A stretch of 64,000 bases of DNA from Octopus bimaculoides (taxonomy: Eukaryota). The first letter of the stretch is position 1; each line of letters begins with the position of its first letter. Below are positions 26,553 to 39,093 of this stretch, piece by piece. The notes below the pieces were generated by a model, which saw only the letters and a list, made by a program, of their open reading frames with translations, ran no database searches and had not been told where the DNA came from. The stretch covers positions 84,313,261-84,377,260 of the forward strand of contig NC_068984.1 in NCBI RefSeq assembly GCF_001194135.2, in the 5' to 3' direction. The position numbers and the translations under genes were made by a program.

Positions 26553-27570
26553 ATTTGTTAATGTTTATTTTTGTGTTTATCTATAATAAAGGCAATTTTA
26601 CATTAATCTGATAGATTACTCTTTACTGTTGTAGCAAACCATATTCTTAAACAAGAATATTGTTGGCTGCGATGCATTTAAGTTAANNNNNNNNNNNNNN
26701 NNNNNNNNNNNNNNNNNNNNNNNNNNNNNNNNNNNNNNNNNNNNNNNNNNNNNNNNNNNNNNNNNNNNNNNNNNNNNNNNNNNNNNNNNNNNNNNNNNNN
26801 NNNNNNNNNNNNNNNNNNNNNNNNNNNNNNNNNNNNNNNNNNNNNNNNNNNNNNNNNNNNNNNNNNNNNNNNNNNNNNNNNNNNNNNNNNNNNNNNNNNN
26901 NNNNNNNNNNNNNNNNNNNNNNNNNNNNNNNNNNNNNNNNNNNNNNNNNNNNNNNNNNNNNNNNNNNNNNNNNNNNNNNNNNNNNNNNNNNNNNNNNNNN
27001 NNNNNNNNNNNNNNNNNNNNNNNNNNNNNNNNNNNNNNNNNNNNNNNNNNNNNNNNNNNNNNNNNNNNNNNNNNNNNNNNNNNNNNNNNNNNNNNNNNNN
27101 NNNNNNNNNNNNNNNNNNNNNNNNNNNNNNNNNNNNNNNNNNNNNNNNNNNNNNNNNNNNNNNNNNNNNNNNNNNNNNNNNNNNNNNNNNNNNNNNNNNN
27201 NNNNNNNNNNNNNNNNNNNNNNNNNNNNNNNNNNNNNNNNNNNNNNNNNNNNNNNNNNNNNNNNNNNNNNNNNNNNNNNNNNNNNNNNNNNNNNNNNNNN
27301 NNNNNNNNNNNNNNNNNNNNNNNNNNNNNNNNNNNNNNNNNNNNNNNNNNNNNNNNNNNNNNNNNNNNNNNNNNNNNNNNNNNNNNNNNNNNNNNNNNNN
27401 NNNNNNNNNNNNNNNNNNNNNNNNNNNNNNNNNNNNNNNNNNNNNNNNNNNNNNNNNNNNNNNNNNNNNNNNNNNNNNNNNNNNNNNNNNNNNNNNNNNN
27501 NNNNNNNNNNNNNNNNNNNNNNNNNNNNNNNNNNNNNNNNNNNNNNNNNNNNNNNNNNNNNNNNNNNNNA

Positions 27571-28628
27571 AGGTTCTAAGGCCGCAAAAGCTGCTCGTGA
27601 CATTTGTGCTGTGTATGGAGAGGGTGCCATAGCTGAAAGAACCGCTCGTGATTGGTATGCCTAGTTCAAAAATGGAAATTTTGACCTCAAAGACGCACCT
27701 CGTTCTGGCCGTCCAGTTGAGTTCGATGACGAGCGATTATACCAACTATTGCACGAAAATTCTCGTCATACAAGGGAACTGGCAGAGAAAATGGAATGCT
27801 CCCACACTGCTATAGAGAAGCATCTTCACTCGATGGGAAAGGTTCAGAAGTATGGAGCATGGGTTCCGCATGCTTTAAGTGGCAACAACAAAAATCAACG
27901 AGTCACAATCTCTGTTGGTTTACTTGCTCGTCACCGCTCAATTCATGGACGCAAGCAACGATTTCTTTACCAAATCGTTACTGGCGACGAAAAATGGTGC
28001 CTGTACATCAATATGAAGCAGCATAAGGAATGGCTTAGTCCCGGTAAACAAACGACACCACGCGTGAAACAAGATCTTCATCCGCGTAAAACGACGTTGT
28101 GCGTATGGTGGGACTGGGAAGAGATTATCCATTACGAATTGCTTGAACGGAACCGAACGGTTAACGCAGAACTCTATGTTCAACAGATGGAACGACTCAA
28201 CACGGCTATTCAAGAGAAAAGACTTAATTGGCAGCATGGAGTTCTTCTGCTGCACGACAACGCCCACCCTCATATCGCCAATATGAGCAAGGAAGCCATT
28301 CAGACTCATAGCTGGGAAGTGCTGCCACACTCGCTGTACTCTCCTGATTTGGCACCAACGGATTTCCGCCTCTTTCGATCTCTTTCAAATACTATGCGCA
28401 GAGTTTCGTTCAGTACTGATGCAGAATTGAAAGCTTGGTTGGATCAATATTTCGAGTCCAATTCGGGTGATTTCTCCCAACGAAGTATAGAAAATCTTTT
28501 TGAACGTTGGGAAGTAGTTGTAAAGAACAAGGGTGAATACATTATTGATTAATTAGTTGTCATTTTTTATTAAACCTTTTAAAAAATTTAAATTTTTAAA
28601 AACGGCGGGAATTTAGTTGCCAACCCAA
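27571..28628 (+). mobile_element. mariner DNA transposon (5' end in gap)
   Basis: Transposase frame plus 3' TIR-like end ...GGGAATTTAGTTGCCAACCCAA|TA. Confidence 0.95.
27572..28552 (+). pseudogene. mariner D,D34D transposase with one in-frame stop (TAG 27662-27664)
   Basis: HTH RSGRP, WVPHAL, TGDEKW, LLHDNA-(34)-D and YSPDLAPTD motifs. The ORF track starts at the alternative codon 27749, but the frame extends to the gap. Confidence 0.93.
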
Positions 28629-28899
28629 TATTTCTTGAAATTTTCAGTTAACATAGTTTAATTTTTGTTCAACATCTTAACCAAAGTAAATAGATGACTC
28701 ATCTACGTACTTTGATCTCAACATGGGGCTCCTCAATTGCGGAGGCCCCCTACGACCGCAGTGGTTGCAAGAGCTTAGCGACAGCCCTGGGTGTATGGAT
28801 TTGAGCGGAATCGTAATTAGGTTTTATGGTAGGTTGTTATGGAGGGGTATTTCGGAGAAATTTTTACTGATTAAATTTATGTTGTTTTTTTTTTTTAAT

Positions 28900-29520
28900 T
28901 TGGTAAGAAGTGTGCAATTTAAAAAAAATTTGTAAGGAAGTATGCATATTTAGATGAGTTCCATTTGGTAGGTAGGTAAAGGATATGTCAGTAGTTTTGG
29001 TTGTTTTTTTTTATTTCTGGCTTTATGAGATTTAATTTTTTGCTTTGACAATGCAAAGGTCAAAGGGACAAAGTCCAGTCTTTTAAACTTATTAATTGTG
29101 TATGTCAGCTGTTTTTAATAGAAATTTTTAGGGATTCACGAAAGAATATAAGTAGGTGGTATGTTTTAGCAGGTTAGTTTCTTTACTTGCTGTTGTTGTT
29201 ATTCAGGATATTTCCTGTTTATATTTGGAAGATGGAGTTATTAGTCAAGCATGTTATGGTGTTGTAAATATAGAAATTTATCTTGTGCTTTGATGTTCAA
29301 AAACGGATGTGGGTAGGTGAATTGGTTATTGGTCTGTATGTTTCTCTCAATGTGTTTTGTAGGTATTCATTGTTCTATTCGCAATTTGATATCTATGTAG
29401 AAATTCTGTTCCAAACGTGGATATTATATAATATATCATTTTAGACTTCTGGATATATGCGAAAGTTGGGCATTGTTAAAGGTGTGTGTCTATTAATGTA
29501 TAAAAATGGATATAAAAATA
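28900..29520 (-). mobile_element. Highly decayed retroelement remnant, possibly the Penelope RT C-terminal region
   Basis: Weak by-eye resemblance (..P.KHIERNI.., YP..) with many stops. Confidence 0.3.
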
Positions 29521-29530
29521 AATTTAATTT

Positions 29531-30217
29531 AGGAGTGGCTGTGTGGTAAGTAGCTTGCTTACCAACCACATGGTTCCGGGTTCAGTCCCACTGCGTGGCA
29601 CCTTGGGCAAGTGTCTTCTACTATAGCCTCGGGCCAACCAAAGCCTTGTGAGTGGATTTGGTAGACGGAAACTGAAAGAAGCCCGTCGTATATATGTATA
29701 TATATATATGTATATGCGTGTGTATGTTTGTATGTCTGTGTTTGTCCCCGCAACATCACTTGACAACCGATGCTGGTGTGTTTAGGTCCCTGTAACTTAG
29801 CGGTTCGGCAAAAGAGGCCGATAGAATAAGTACTAGGCTTACAAAGAATAAGTCCTGNNNNNNNNNNGTCCCACTGCGTGGCACCTTGGGCAAGTGTCTT
29901 CTACTATAGCCTCGGGCCAACCAAAGCCTTGTGAGTGGATTTGGTAGACGGAAACTGAAAGAAGCCCGTCGTATATATGTATATATATATATGTATATGC
30001 GTGTGTATGTTTGTATGTCTGTGTTTGTCCCCGCAACATCACTTGACAACCGATGCTGGTGTGTTTAGGTCCCTGTAACTTAGCGGTTCGGCAAAAGAGG
30101 CCGATAGAATAAGTACTAGGCTTACAAAGAATAAGTCCTGGGGTCGATTTGCTCGACTAAGGGCGGTGCTCCAGCATGGCCACAGTGAAATGACTTAAAC
30201 AAGTAAAGAGTAAAGAG
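29531..30217 (+). mobile_element. SINE family A, young copy; body appears twice around a 10-N gap
   Basis: Near-identical to 62528-62944. Segment 29868-30147 repeats 29587-29857 exactly. Confidence 0.92.
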
Positions 30218-30726
30218 TAATGATTAAAAATTTTTAATATTTAAAACAAGAAACGGAAGAAGAAATATTAAAAAAGAAAAGCGTCTTCCAACTTGCTTGC
30301 ATAGAAATTGATGTGTGTGCTTGTTGGTTTGAGGACTTATAAAAATTTTCTGTGGGGACTTTGGTTGGAGATACGGAAGCTTTTAGATCATTTGTACAGT
30401 ACTTGTTTTGTATTAAGCTGCAAGAGCGACTTTTATGTATATTGTGGGGATGTGCGTTTGTATGTATATATGTATATATGAGTGTGCGTGTGTGTGTGTG
30501 TATGTATATATATGTAAATATTTATATTCCTATGTACTGTATATGTATCCTTGTACGTATGTATGTCTACATACCTACATGCATACGCACACATATACAT
30601 GTATACCTACCTACCTACCTACCTACCTACCTACCAACCGACCTACCTACCTATTTATATATATATGTGTGTATGCGTGTGCGTAGTATGTATGTATGCA
30701 TGCGTGTGTGTGTGTGCGTGTGCGTG

Positions 30727-30757
<31 letters not shown>

Positions 30758-30784
30758 TGTGTGTGTAGAAATTATATATATATA

Positions 30785-30950
30785 GGCGCAGGAGTGACTG
30801 TGTGGTAAGTCGTTTGCTTACCAACCACATGGTTCTGGGTTCAGTCCCATTGCGTGGTACCGTGGGCAAGTGTCCTCTACTATAGCCTCGGGTCGACCAA
30901 AGCCTTGTGAGTGGATTTGGTAGACAGAAAATGAAAGCCCGTCGTATATA
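30785..30950 (+). mobile_element. SINE family A, 5' half (runs into TA repeat/gap)
   Basis: GGCGCAGGAGTGACTGTGTGGTAAG..GGTTCAGTCCC..GGGCAAGTGTC. Confidence 0.9.
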
Positions 30951-31511
30951 TATATATATNNNNNNNNNNNNNNNNNNNNNNNNNNNNNNNNNNNNNNNNN
31001 NNNNNNNNNNNNNNNNNNNNNNNNNNNNNNNNNNNNNNNNNNNNNNNNNNNNNNNNNNNNNNNNNNNNNNNNNNNNNNNNNNNNNNNNNNNNNNNNNNNN
31101 NNNNNNNNNNNNNNNNNNNNNNNNNNNNNNNNNNNNNNNNNNNNNNNNNNNNNNNNNNNNNNNNNNNNNNNNNNNNNNNNNNNNNNNNNNNNNNNNNNNN
31201 NNNNNNNNNNNNNNNNNNNNNNNNNNNNNNNNNNNNNNNNNNNNNNNNNNNNNNNNNNNNNNNNNNNNNNNNNNNNNNNNNNNNNNNNNNNNNNNNNNNN
31301 NNNNNNNNNNNNNNNNNNNNNNNNNNNNNNNNNNNNNNNNNNNNNNNNNNNNNNNNNNNNNNNNNNNNNNNNNNNNNNNNNNNNNNNNNNNNNNNNNNNN
31401 NNNNNNNNNNNNNNNNNNNNNNNNNNNNNNNNNNNNNNNNNNNNNNNNNNNNNNNNNNNNNNNNNNNNNNNNNNNNNNNNNNNNNNNNNNNNNNNNNNNN
31501 NNNNNNNNNNT

Positions 31512-31608
31512 CTATCAGCCTCTTTTGCTGAACCGCTAAGTTACGGGGACGTAAACACACCACCATCGGTTGTCAAGCGATGGTGAGGGGACAAACACAG
31601 ATACACAA

Positions 31609-31670
<62 letters not shown>

Positions 31671-31822
31671 GACGGGCTTCTTTCAGTTTCCGTCTACCAA
31701 ATCCACTCACAAGGCTTTGGTCGGCCCGAGGCTATAGTAGAAGACACTTGCCCAAGGTGCCACGCAGTGGGACTGAACCCGGAACCATGTGGTTGGTAAG
31801 CATGCTAATTACCACACAGCCA
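31512..31822 (-). mobile_element. SINE family A, inverted relative to 30785 copy
   Basis: Reverse complement of the consensus from head to mid-tail. Confidence 0.9.
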
Positions 31823-32362
31823 ATCTTACCTATGCATACATAGTGAGAAGAATGACTTGAGTATGTACTTATTTATGAGTGTTAGTGTTGTGGCTGTATT
31901 TGCTGTTACCGTCGTAGTCGTCGTCGTCGTCGTTGTTGTTGTTGTTTGCCATTTTTATCATATTATAATCTTAGCAGTAAAATGTTGGCGAGTAAACGTC
32001 TTTGATTCAGACAAGACGTTTGGGTTAGCCATTACGTAACATTTTTTTCTGCCTGCAAATTGAAAGATATTTATTTGCGTAGGCGGTAGTGGGTGTAATT
32101 AACACTAATACTCGTTTGCTTTTCTTTTATGTATTTATTGTTTGTTTATAATTCTAGGCAGCAATAACAAAAACAAGAGAACAGTCAACACTCTGGCAAG
32201 ATTCCTACCATATGGTACCAGATGAATGAACTACTGTATATGGCTACTGTGGTAACAGCATCACCATCAGCACCAGCACCAACACCAACACCAACACCAC
32301 CAGTAGCACCACCACCAACAACAACAACAGCAACAACACTGCCAACAACAACAATAACGTTT

Positions 32363-32475
32363 TCTAATTTAGGCACGAGGCCAATTTTGAGGCGAAAGGT
32401 TTTGTCGACACTGTTGTCCTTTATTATATTAATCTCGAAAGGATGACCTTGGCGGGATTGAACTCAGAACGTGAG
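32363..32475 (-). mobile_element. SINE family B variant, degenerate
   Basis: TTGGCGGGATTGAACTCAGAACGT and the tail AATTTAGGCACGAGGCC. Confidence 0.6.
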
Positions 32476-32559
32476 CATCTGTAACAACAGTAGATATAAC
32501 ACAGGAATTGAAAAAAAAACAACAACCGGAAGGTACCCAGATATGACAAGATTCCCATT

Positions 32560-34430
32560 GCCCGGTTAAAATGTGTAACAGGTACACATAAGATGCTAGC
32601 AGAGAAGTTTAATTAGATGTTAGTTTAGCCAGAGACAACATTTGACTGGCTTACGGAGCGGAAACCAATCTCAATCACCATGTTTACAAAAACCACGAAT
32701 CCGCAAGACTACAGACTTATACCATGTCTTCCTACAAACTACAAATTCTTAACTGCAATAATATCGCAGATAGTAAGCAAATATCTAAAAGAAAACCCCT
32801 CCCCTATTTTGTTTGTAATCACATTGATCCTTTTGTTGATAATTGTAAACGAAACCAAGAGAAGATGCTTATTGAGCTGGCAGAAAAGTTATCACGCCGG
32901 GCGAAATGCTAAGCGGTATTTCGTCTGCCGTTACGTTCTGAGTTCAAACTCCGCCGAGGTCGACTTTGCCTTTCATCCTTTCGGGGTCGATTAAATAAGT
33001 ACCAGTAACGCACTGGGGATCGATGTAATCGACTTAATCCCTTTGTCTGTCCTTGTTTGTCCCCTCTATATTTAGCCCTTTGTGGGCAATAAAGAAATAA
33101 GAATAGGGGAAAAGATGACTGTGGATGATTTAAGGCTGTACATTCAAAACAGATAAGGAATATCGCAAGAATATTTAGTTGTAACATTGGGATGACATTC
33201 AGAATCGAGACGTCTGCGATGATTAAGGTGAAGCGGAGAAAATGAATAAAGAACTTGTACAGATCTACCTAATCATGAGAATATAAAACATTATATGTAG
33301 ATGAAACACATAAATAGTTGGGAATACTGGAATGCAATAAAACCAAAAGTATGGAAATGAAGGAAGCCCTCGCTAAAGAAGATTTTCGAAGAATGAATAC
33401 GATATTAAAATCCAAATTGTATGTGTGAAACATCATATACGCTGAGAATAGTATCTCTAATAAAATATGGAACAGGATGAGCAGAAGGATATCGACAAAA
33501 AGACCGAGGAAGCAGCTCAACACGCACCCCTAGCCGGATGTCGAATGGTTAAACTGGAAAAGAACAAACAAGAAGTAAAGGGATAATTAGTAAAGATGAA
33601 GTGGCAGAACAACAGAAAACAAGTATAGGCTTCTATCTAGAAAAAAAGTTCTTAAAAATCTGAAGAATTTTAAGAGAAAGCAGGAATATATGAAAAAAAA
33701 AAAACATGTAAGTCAAACTTCGAAGAAAAGAAGTTTCATTTAGCGTTTTCTTTTTCTTTCTTCCTTTCTTTCTTTTCTTTTCTTTCTTTTCTTTTTTCTT
33801 TTTTTTTTTTGTTCACAAGAACAAGAAATAAGGAATGACATGGACAGCTGGCTTTGGTTAAAGAATGAAGTATTGAAGAAAGAGATCGAAGGAATGATTT
33901 TTAACAGCACAGGAACAGGCCCCCAAAATAAACAAGAATAAGCCAATAGGGCTGTTCACCTAAATGTAGAATATACGATAGTTCAGGGAAAACTGTAACT
34001 CACAGTATATCGGAAAGTTCACTATTAGCTCACAAAAGTATAGACATGATAAAAATGCTGCAATAATTCAATGGAATTTTGCATTCACAGAAAACAACAA
34101 CAGCTGTAGCTATTTTATGGGAAAATAGACATATACAATCCTGTTAAATGCGGGTTAGCTTGATTGTGGAAAATGAACGAAGTGAAGACAGTGCCAACTA
34201 TTGTTCGGTTCTTGGGGATAATATTAAAAGGCATCAAGAGGAATATAAAGAAAATCGGAATAGAGTGCCCAGTAGAGCTATTATACAAGTTTTGCTCCTT
34301 AGCACGGCCAGAATCATCAGGAAAGTATTAATTGAAAAGAACAAATAGCATGGTACCGTAGGCTTCAGGTAGCAAGCCTTGCTACGCATGCAAGTCTCCA
34401 GGAGTTCCAACAAAACCTGAGCTAAAAGAA
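32560..34430 (+). mobile_element. Decayed R4/Dong-clade (RLE) non-LTR retrotransposon, interrupted by a SINE
   Basis: NPQDYRLIPCLPTNYKFLTAII, YKXLGILE..MEMKEAL, KYRHDK.A.IIQW and VLLLSTARIIRKVL remnants. Confidence 0.8.
32874..33103 (+). mobile_element. SINE family B, near full length
   Basis: Closely matches the reverse complement of 1646-1865. Confidence 0.9.
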
Positions 34431-34689
34431 AATACTTATAATTTCTTTTATTTACTACAAAGGGGACAAATAAAAGGAATATTACAAGGACAAATTCTAA
34501 AAGCGGTTGGTGTTTAATCAGAATCGATTATATAAAAAGAAAAGGCGTGGAAAAGGGGAAAATACGTATAAAACACTTGAAACGTCCCAGTACTAAAGCA
34601 CCTAAATCGAACCAATCAAGAAACTCTTCAGGTTCAGGATTCTTGGGGTATATATCCTCTCCCAGTTGTGTTCTTCGTCCTACAAATGT

Positions 34690-34860
34690 ACACTGATAGC
34701 AGATCCATTCACCTAAGCCATTCTTGGCATTTTCATCTACCTTTCAGGAAATTTACAAGACAGCAGCACCACTCTCTCCATCTTCACCCACGTCCTTAAG
34801 TGGAACTCGAAGAAGCGGTTGAAGAGATGACCGAAGAGGGAATTGTCTACTTTCAGCCCC
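34690..34860 (-). mobile_element. Tx1/L1-like ORF2 C-terminal remnant
   Basis: Minus strand FHLRTWVKMERVVL..KFPER*MKMPRM. Confidence 0.4.
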
Positions 34861-34926
34861 ATTAATCTTATCCACCATCGTGGCAAGTTATGACTCAAGT
34901 TATGACTGTCATAACTTCAGTTATAA

Positions 34927-34975
34927 CTTGTACTGAAGAGCCTCTGCATCCACAGATGAAACTCATTGTATCAAG
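34927..34975 (+). ncRNA. Degenerate minimal hammerhead motif (PLE pLTR-like end)
   Basis: CTTGTA-CTGAAGA-GCC TCTG CATCCA CAGA T-GAAAC TCATT GTA-TCAAG, with AATAAA ~20 nt downstream. Confidence 0.45.
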
Positions 34976-35432
34976 AGACTGACTCGACCTAAATAAAATT
35001 TATTATTAATCTCAACTATGGTATTGTGTACTCTTTTTTTCGGCAGCCTACATTAAATGGATATAAATTATATATCAAAAATTGGCCATTGACTAATATC
35101 TTTTTCACTCACTGTACAGTTTTATCTTGCCGTTTAAGCTTTTTTAATATTCCAAAGTATTAAATATGCTTTAGCCCAACTTAACGAAGTCTATCTAGTC
35201 AACATCTGAGAGATGCGAATGTTTAATCACTGTTTACAACACAGGATGTGGTGTATCGAAAGAAGAAAACATTACCCATGAGGTTATATAACAGCAACAG
35301 GAACATCTTCCCACTCAACTTACATCTGTCTTCCTCAGTCTAGCCGCTTAAAGAAAGGAAAAAAGAAAGAAAAGAGAATGAGAAGAGAAAGAAAGAGAGA
35401 AAGAATGAAAGGAAGGAAAAGAAAAGAATGGA

Positions 35433-35464
<32 letters not shown>

Positions 35465-35469
35465 ATAAG

Positions 35470-36180
35470 CAAATACAGAGGAAATGAGCCGAAAATCCGG
35501 TAAACCAGAGCCAAATAGCATCTTCAAGATATGTGAGACATACTTGGATACAGGCTATTGGCTGGGAAGAAGTGTAGGCTAAACTGTTGCCGCGGAGTAG
35601 CATGACGATGGGTGAGAGGTGGTGTCAGGTGAAAGATTCTCGAATGATGAAGTAGCGCGTTGTCGAGTTTAGATGTTGTTGAATATGATTTTGTCTATTG
35701 ACGGTCGTCAAGCGAGGAGTGCCGACTAAGAGATGACGTGGGCGTTATTTAGCTGCGTGTCAGAGCTCTGATCGATCAGACCTACGGTCAAAGACTTGCC
35801 GACCGTAACAAGTTTATCTTTTTGGAAGGTTCAGAATCCTTAGGGGCGCATTTTTTAAGGTTTTCTTCTTCTTTAAAACCGTTGAATGAGAGACTTTTAA
35901 TGGCATGAACATATTGAGAAATTATCCGTGGGTCCCAATAGTTTAGAGACTCAATGCTATGTATTCTATGACCTAGACAGTAGCGTTGCTGGGGGTCGAG
36001 GGGGCAGTCCGCTTGGGTAACGCTTTCATGGAGGGGCGGCACTTTTGGGTCTTCCATATAAACCTGTATAGGCTTGAAGCTCTCGAGGGAGCAAACTCAA
36101 GGGCTGCTTCGGTGGCATACACTCTAGCTACCCCACTGGCCATAGAGCATTGATATGCTTGGGTTAAGGGGAATGCTATA
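35470..36180 (-). mobile_element. Second CRE-like 3' fragment
   Basis: LDPQQRYCLGHRI.. and IVMLLRGNSLA. It shares CTCCGCGGCAA with the 10580 fragment and has a T-rich tail. Confidence 0.55.
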
Positions 36181-36598
36181 ATACTGTGAGGCCAGCCCTG
36201 TGTAGAGTGTATTATGAGAGGGAAAATGTTGCTGTTATCTTTAACAGGTTATGCGACCACGTAGAAACCTTTTGGTGGTTCGCAGGTTCACTCATTAAAG
36301 GAGAGGTGTGTTGAGAGAGAGAACGAGAAGCATTACGAGGGGAGAAGCGGAGGAACGGAGGTAAGTGAAACCGAAGTTTTAGGGTAAATTTCAGCAGTTC
36401 ATCTCATGCTCTGACATGTGACTTGCAACACGTGAGTAGTCACAGTTGCAAGGTAAACAACACCTTTTCTTCAGCGTCATTAACAGAAATAGAGTAGGTA
36501 CCTGTATGTGTATGTGTTTGTGTATGTATGTATGTATGTATGTATGTATGTGCGTGTGTATAAACACACATATATATATACACGCATATATATATACA

Positions 36599-36630
<32 letters not shown>

Positions 36631-36956
36631 TGTGTTTATCTTCACGTGCCATCTCATTTATTTATTTTGACTAAGGTATCATGGAGATGAAAACCGATAG
36701 AGCGAAAAAAAAAATGATAACAGAAGAAAAAGAGGCCGAAGAGAAATAGAGGGGGTAAAAGATAGGAAGCGATGAGTAGACTAATATTCGCGCAGACTCA
36801 CAAACTCACAAATACGCACAGACTCATGCACCCGAGCACATACATGGTACTTACTCATGCACTTGCACACGCACCATGTTTCATTCCTGCCTTTACCTCT
36901 ACTCTTTACATACATGCAAAAGGGAATTTAAAAAAAAAAAGAGAGAGAACTACAGA

Positions 36957-36999
<43 letters not shown>

Positions 37000-37370
37000 C
37001 GTAAGCATGTGGACATGTGTGTGTAAGTATGTATGTATATGTGTGTATGTGTGTGTGGAGAGAGAGAGAGATACATACATACATACATACAAACATACAT
37101 ACATTTATACACATATACACAGAATAATAGAGCGTATGCAGATGTGTGTGTGTGTTTTTGTGTGGGTGTGGGTGGGTGTATGTGTGTGTGTACGTGTGTT
37201 TGTGTGTGCGCGTGTGTGTGTGTGTGTGTGTGTGTGTGTTGTGTGTGTGTGTGTGTGTGTGAACGGAAAGAGAATAAGAGAAAGTATGAGTAAGAAAGAA
37301 GGGGATGGCTGATTAAGCGAGAAATGTAGAGAAATGTTTTAGGGTGCAGAGCAAAGAGTGAGGTGGGGAA

Positions 37371-37433
<63 letters not shown>

Positions 37434-37434
37434 C

Positions 37435-37481
<47 letters not shown>

Positions 37482-37694
37482 CACCGAGGGAGGAGGTAGA
37501 AACCGGGGAGTAATTGGAGTAGTGTAGATATATTTGGGTGCTGATGGAAGAAACTGTTGTAACTGCTGCCGAACTTTAACTTGGAGGTCAGAAACTTGAG
37601 CACTTCAGAGTAAAATCGCGCGTAGGGCAAGGCTGTGTTTTAACTCCTGTACCATTTAATATCTTCCTCCCTCTTGTCTGCAACAGTACTGTCA

Positions 37695-37860
37695 CCTAGG
37701 AGGATAACGGGAATGTTTTGAACATCAGAAAGATGCAGGGCAGACCACCATCAAGAAGCATCTAAATAGATAAATGACCCAGGAGGATAACGGAAATATT
37801 TTCAACATCAGAAAGATGCAGGGCAGACCACCATCGAGAAGCATCTAAATAGATAAATGA
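37695..37860 (+). repeat. 83-bp tandem duplication (2 copies)
   Basis: AGGAGGATAACGG..AACATCAGAAAGATGCAGGGCAGACCACCATC.AGAAGCATCTAAATAGATAAATGAC occurs twice. Confidence 0.9.
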
Positions 37861-38518
37861 CATATTGTATGATGAAAACTGGTTTACTAGTGCGCGCTAT
37901 GTATGGGAGACCATACAGGTTATGATTTCGGCAGTCGTTACAGCTTTTAAAAGAATGGGCATTACAGTTAACTAAAATAAATAAATAAATAAATAAATAA
38001 ATAAAACAAGGTTAATTGCCATTGGCACACTACAGCTTCCTCCCTCCTCCCGACTTTCTCAGTATAATAGGGATTAGTCTTAATCTTCCGATTCGGGTAC
38101 CTGAAAAAGTAAAGACGAGACTTTTAACTGCTTCACTCAAGACTGTTGCCTTTTGAGAGCTCAGAATGTCTTTCTAATCAACAATCTCCATACAAAGGTC
38201 TTTGTTAGCCAAAAAGTATATCTTCTCACTCTCCTGTATGTGTGCAAAACATTAACTACTGGAGACGCAATAAGATTAACTACTAGAGAAGACAATAAAA
38301 GTGAAAATGGTTTTAACATCCAGTGGTTCTGAAAGTCCTTTCAGTCACGTGGCTGGATTCGATTACATATACAAATTGACCGAACCAACATAAGCAGCAT
38401 TGAATCCGTACTATACAGGCATACATTGAGATTGCTTGAACATGTAGAGCGTATGGCTGAGTCATGTCTTCCCTGTTGGATCCTCTACGGCTAGCTGCCT
38501 CATGGTCAGCGTCTAACT

Positions 38519-39093
38519 CAGTGGTTCTCAATTATTTTTACCTGTGAACTCTTTTGAATTTTATTTTACTCTACTGGATCCCCATAATCATTCGATGGTT
38601 TAAAGAATCCTATTATATTTTTAAATATATATTTTATAAGGTAAGCGCAGGCGTAGCTGAGTGGTAAAAAGTTTGCTTCCCAACCACATGGTTCTCAGTC
38701 CAGGCCCACTGCGTGACACCTTGGGCTGAGTGTCTTTTACCATAGCCTCTGGATTTGGTTGACGAAGACTGAAAAGAAGCCTGACGTATGTGTGTGTGTA
38801 TTTGCGTCTGTATTTATTTATCCCCACCACCGCTTGACAACCGGTGTTGTGTTTATGTCTCCCGTAACTTAACAGTTCGGCAAAAGCGATCGATAGCTGA
38901 AGCATGACCTCAGTCTAATGACTGAAACAAGTAAAAGATAGAAGATTATTCACTGTTATTTGGAATTGTGTAGAAAATTGTTAAAATAGTTTGTGTATTG
39001 TAGAAGTATAACCAATACATTTCACATAAACTTTAACAAGATCTTATATGCCCCGCCTCCAAGGGTCATGTGGACGCCGGTTGAGAACCACTG
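38519..39093. mobile_element. hAT-Charlie-type MITE with exact 8-bp TSD
   Basis: TIR CAGTGGTTCTCAA / TTGAGAACCACTG. TSD GTCTAACT at 38511-38518 and 39094-39101. Confidence 0.92.
38645..38940 (+). mobile_element. SINE family A nested inside the hAT MITE
   Basis: GCGCAGGCGTAGCTGAGTGGTAA..CACCTTGGGC..GAAACAAGTAAAAG. Confidence 0.85.

Noticed and set aside
29587-30147. Apparent tandem SINE dimer
   Set aside because: The two copies are base-identical including the microsatellite and are separated by a 10-N gap, which is typical of unmerged contig overlap.
36380-36480. Minus-strand CTGAAGA with nested hairpins (TTGCAAC/GTTGCAA)
   Set aside because: No properly placed GAAA/stem III/stem I combination.
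37695-37860. CRISPR-like or other regularly interspaced arrays
   Set aside because: Only two adjacent 83-bp units without spacers. No repeat-spacer array was seen anywhere in this eukaryotic window.
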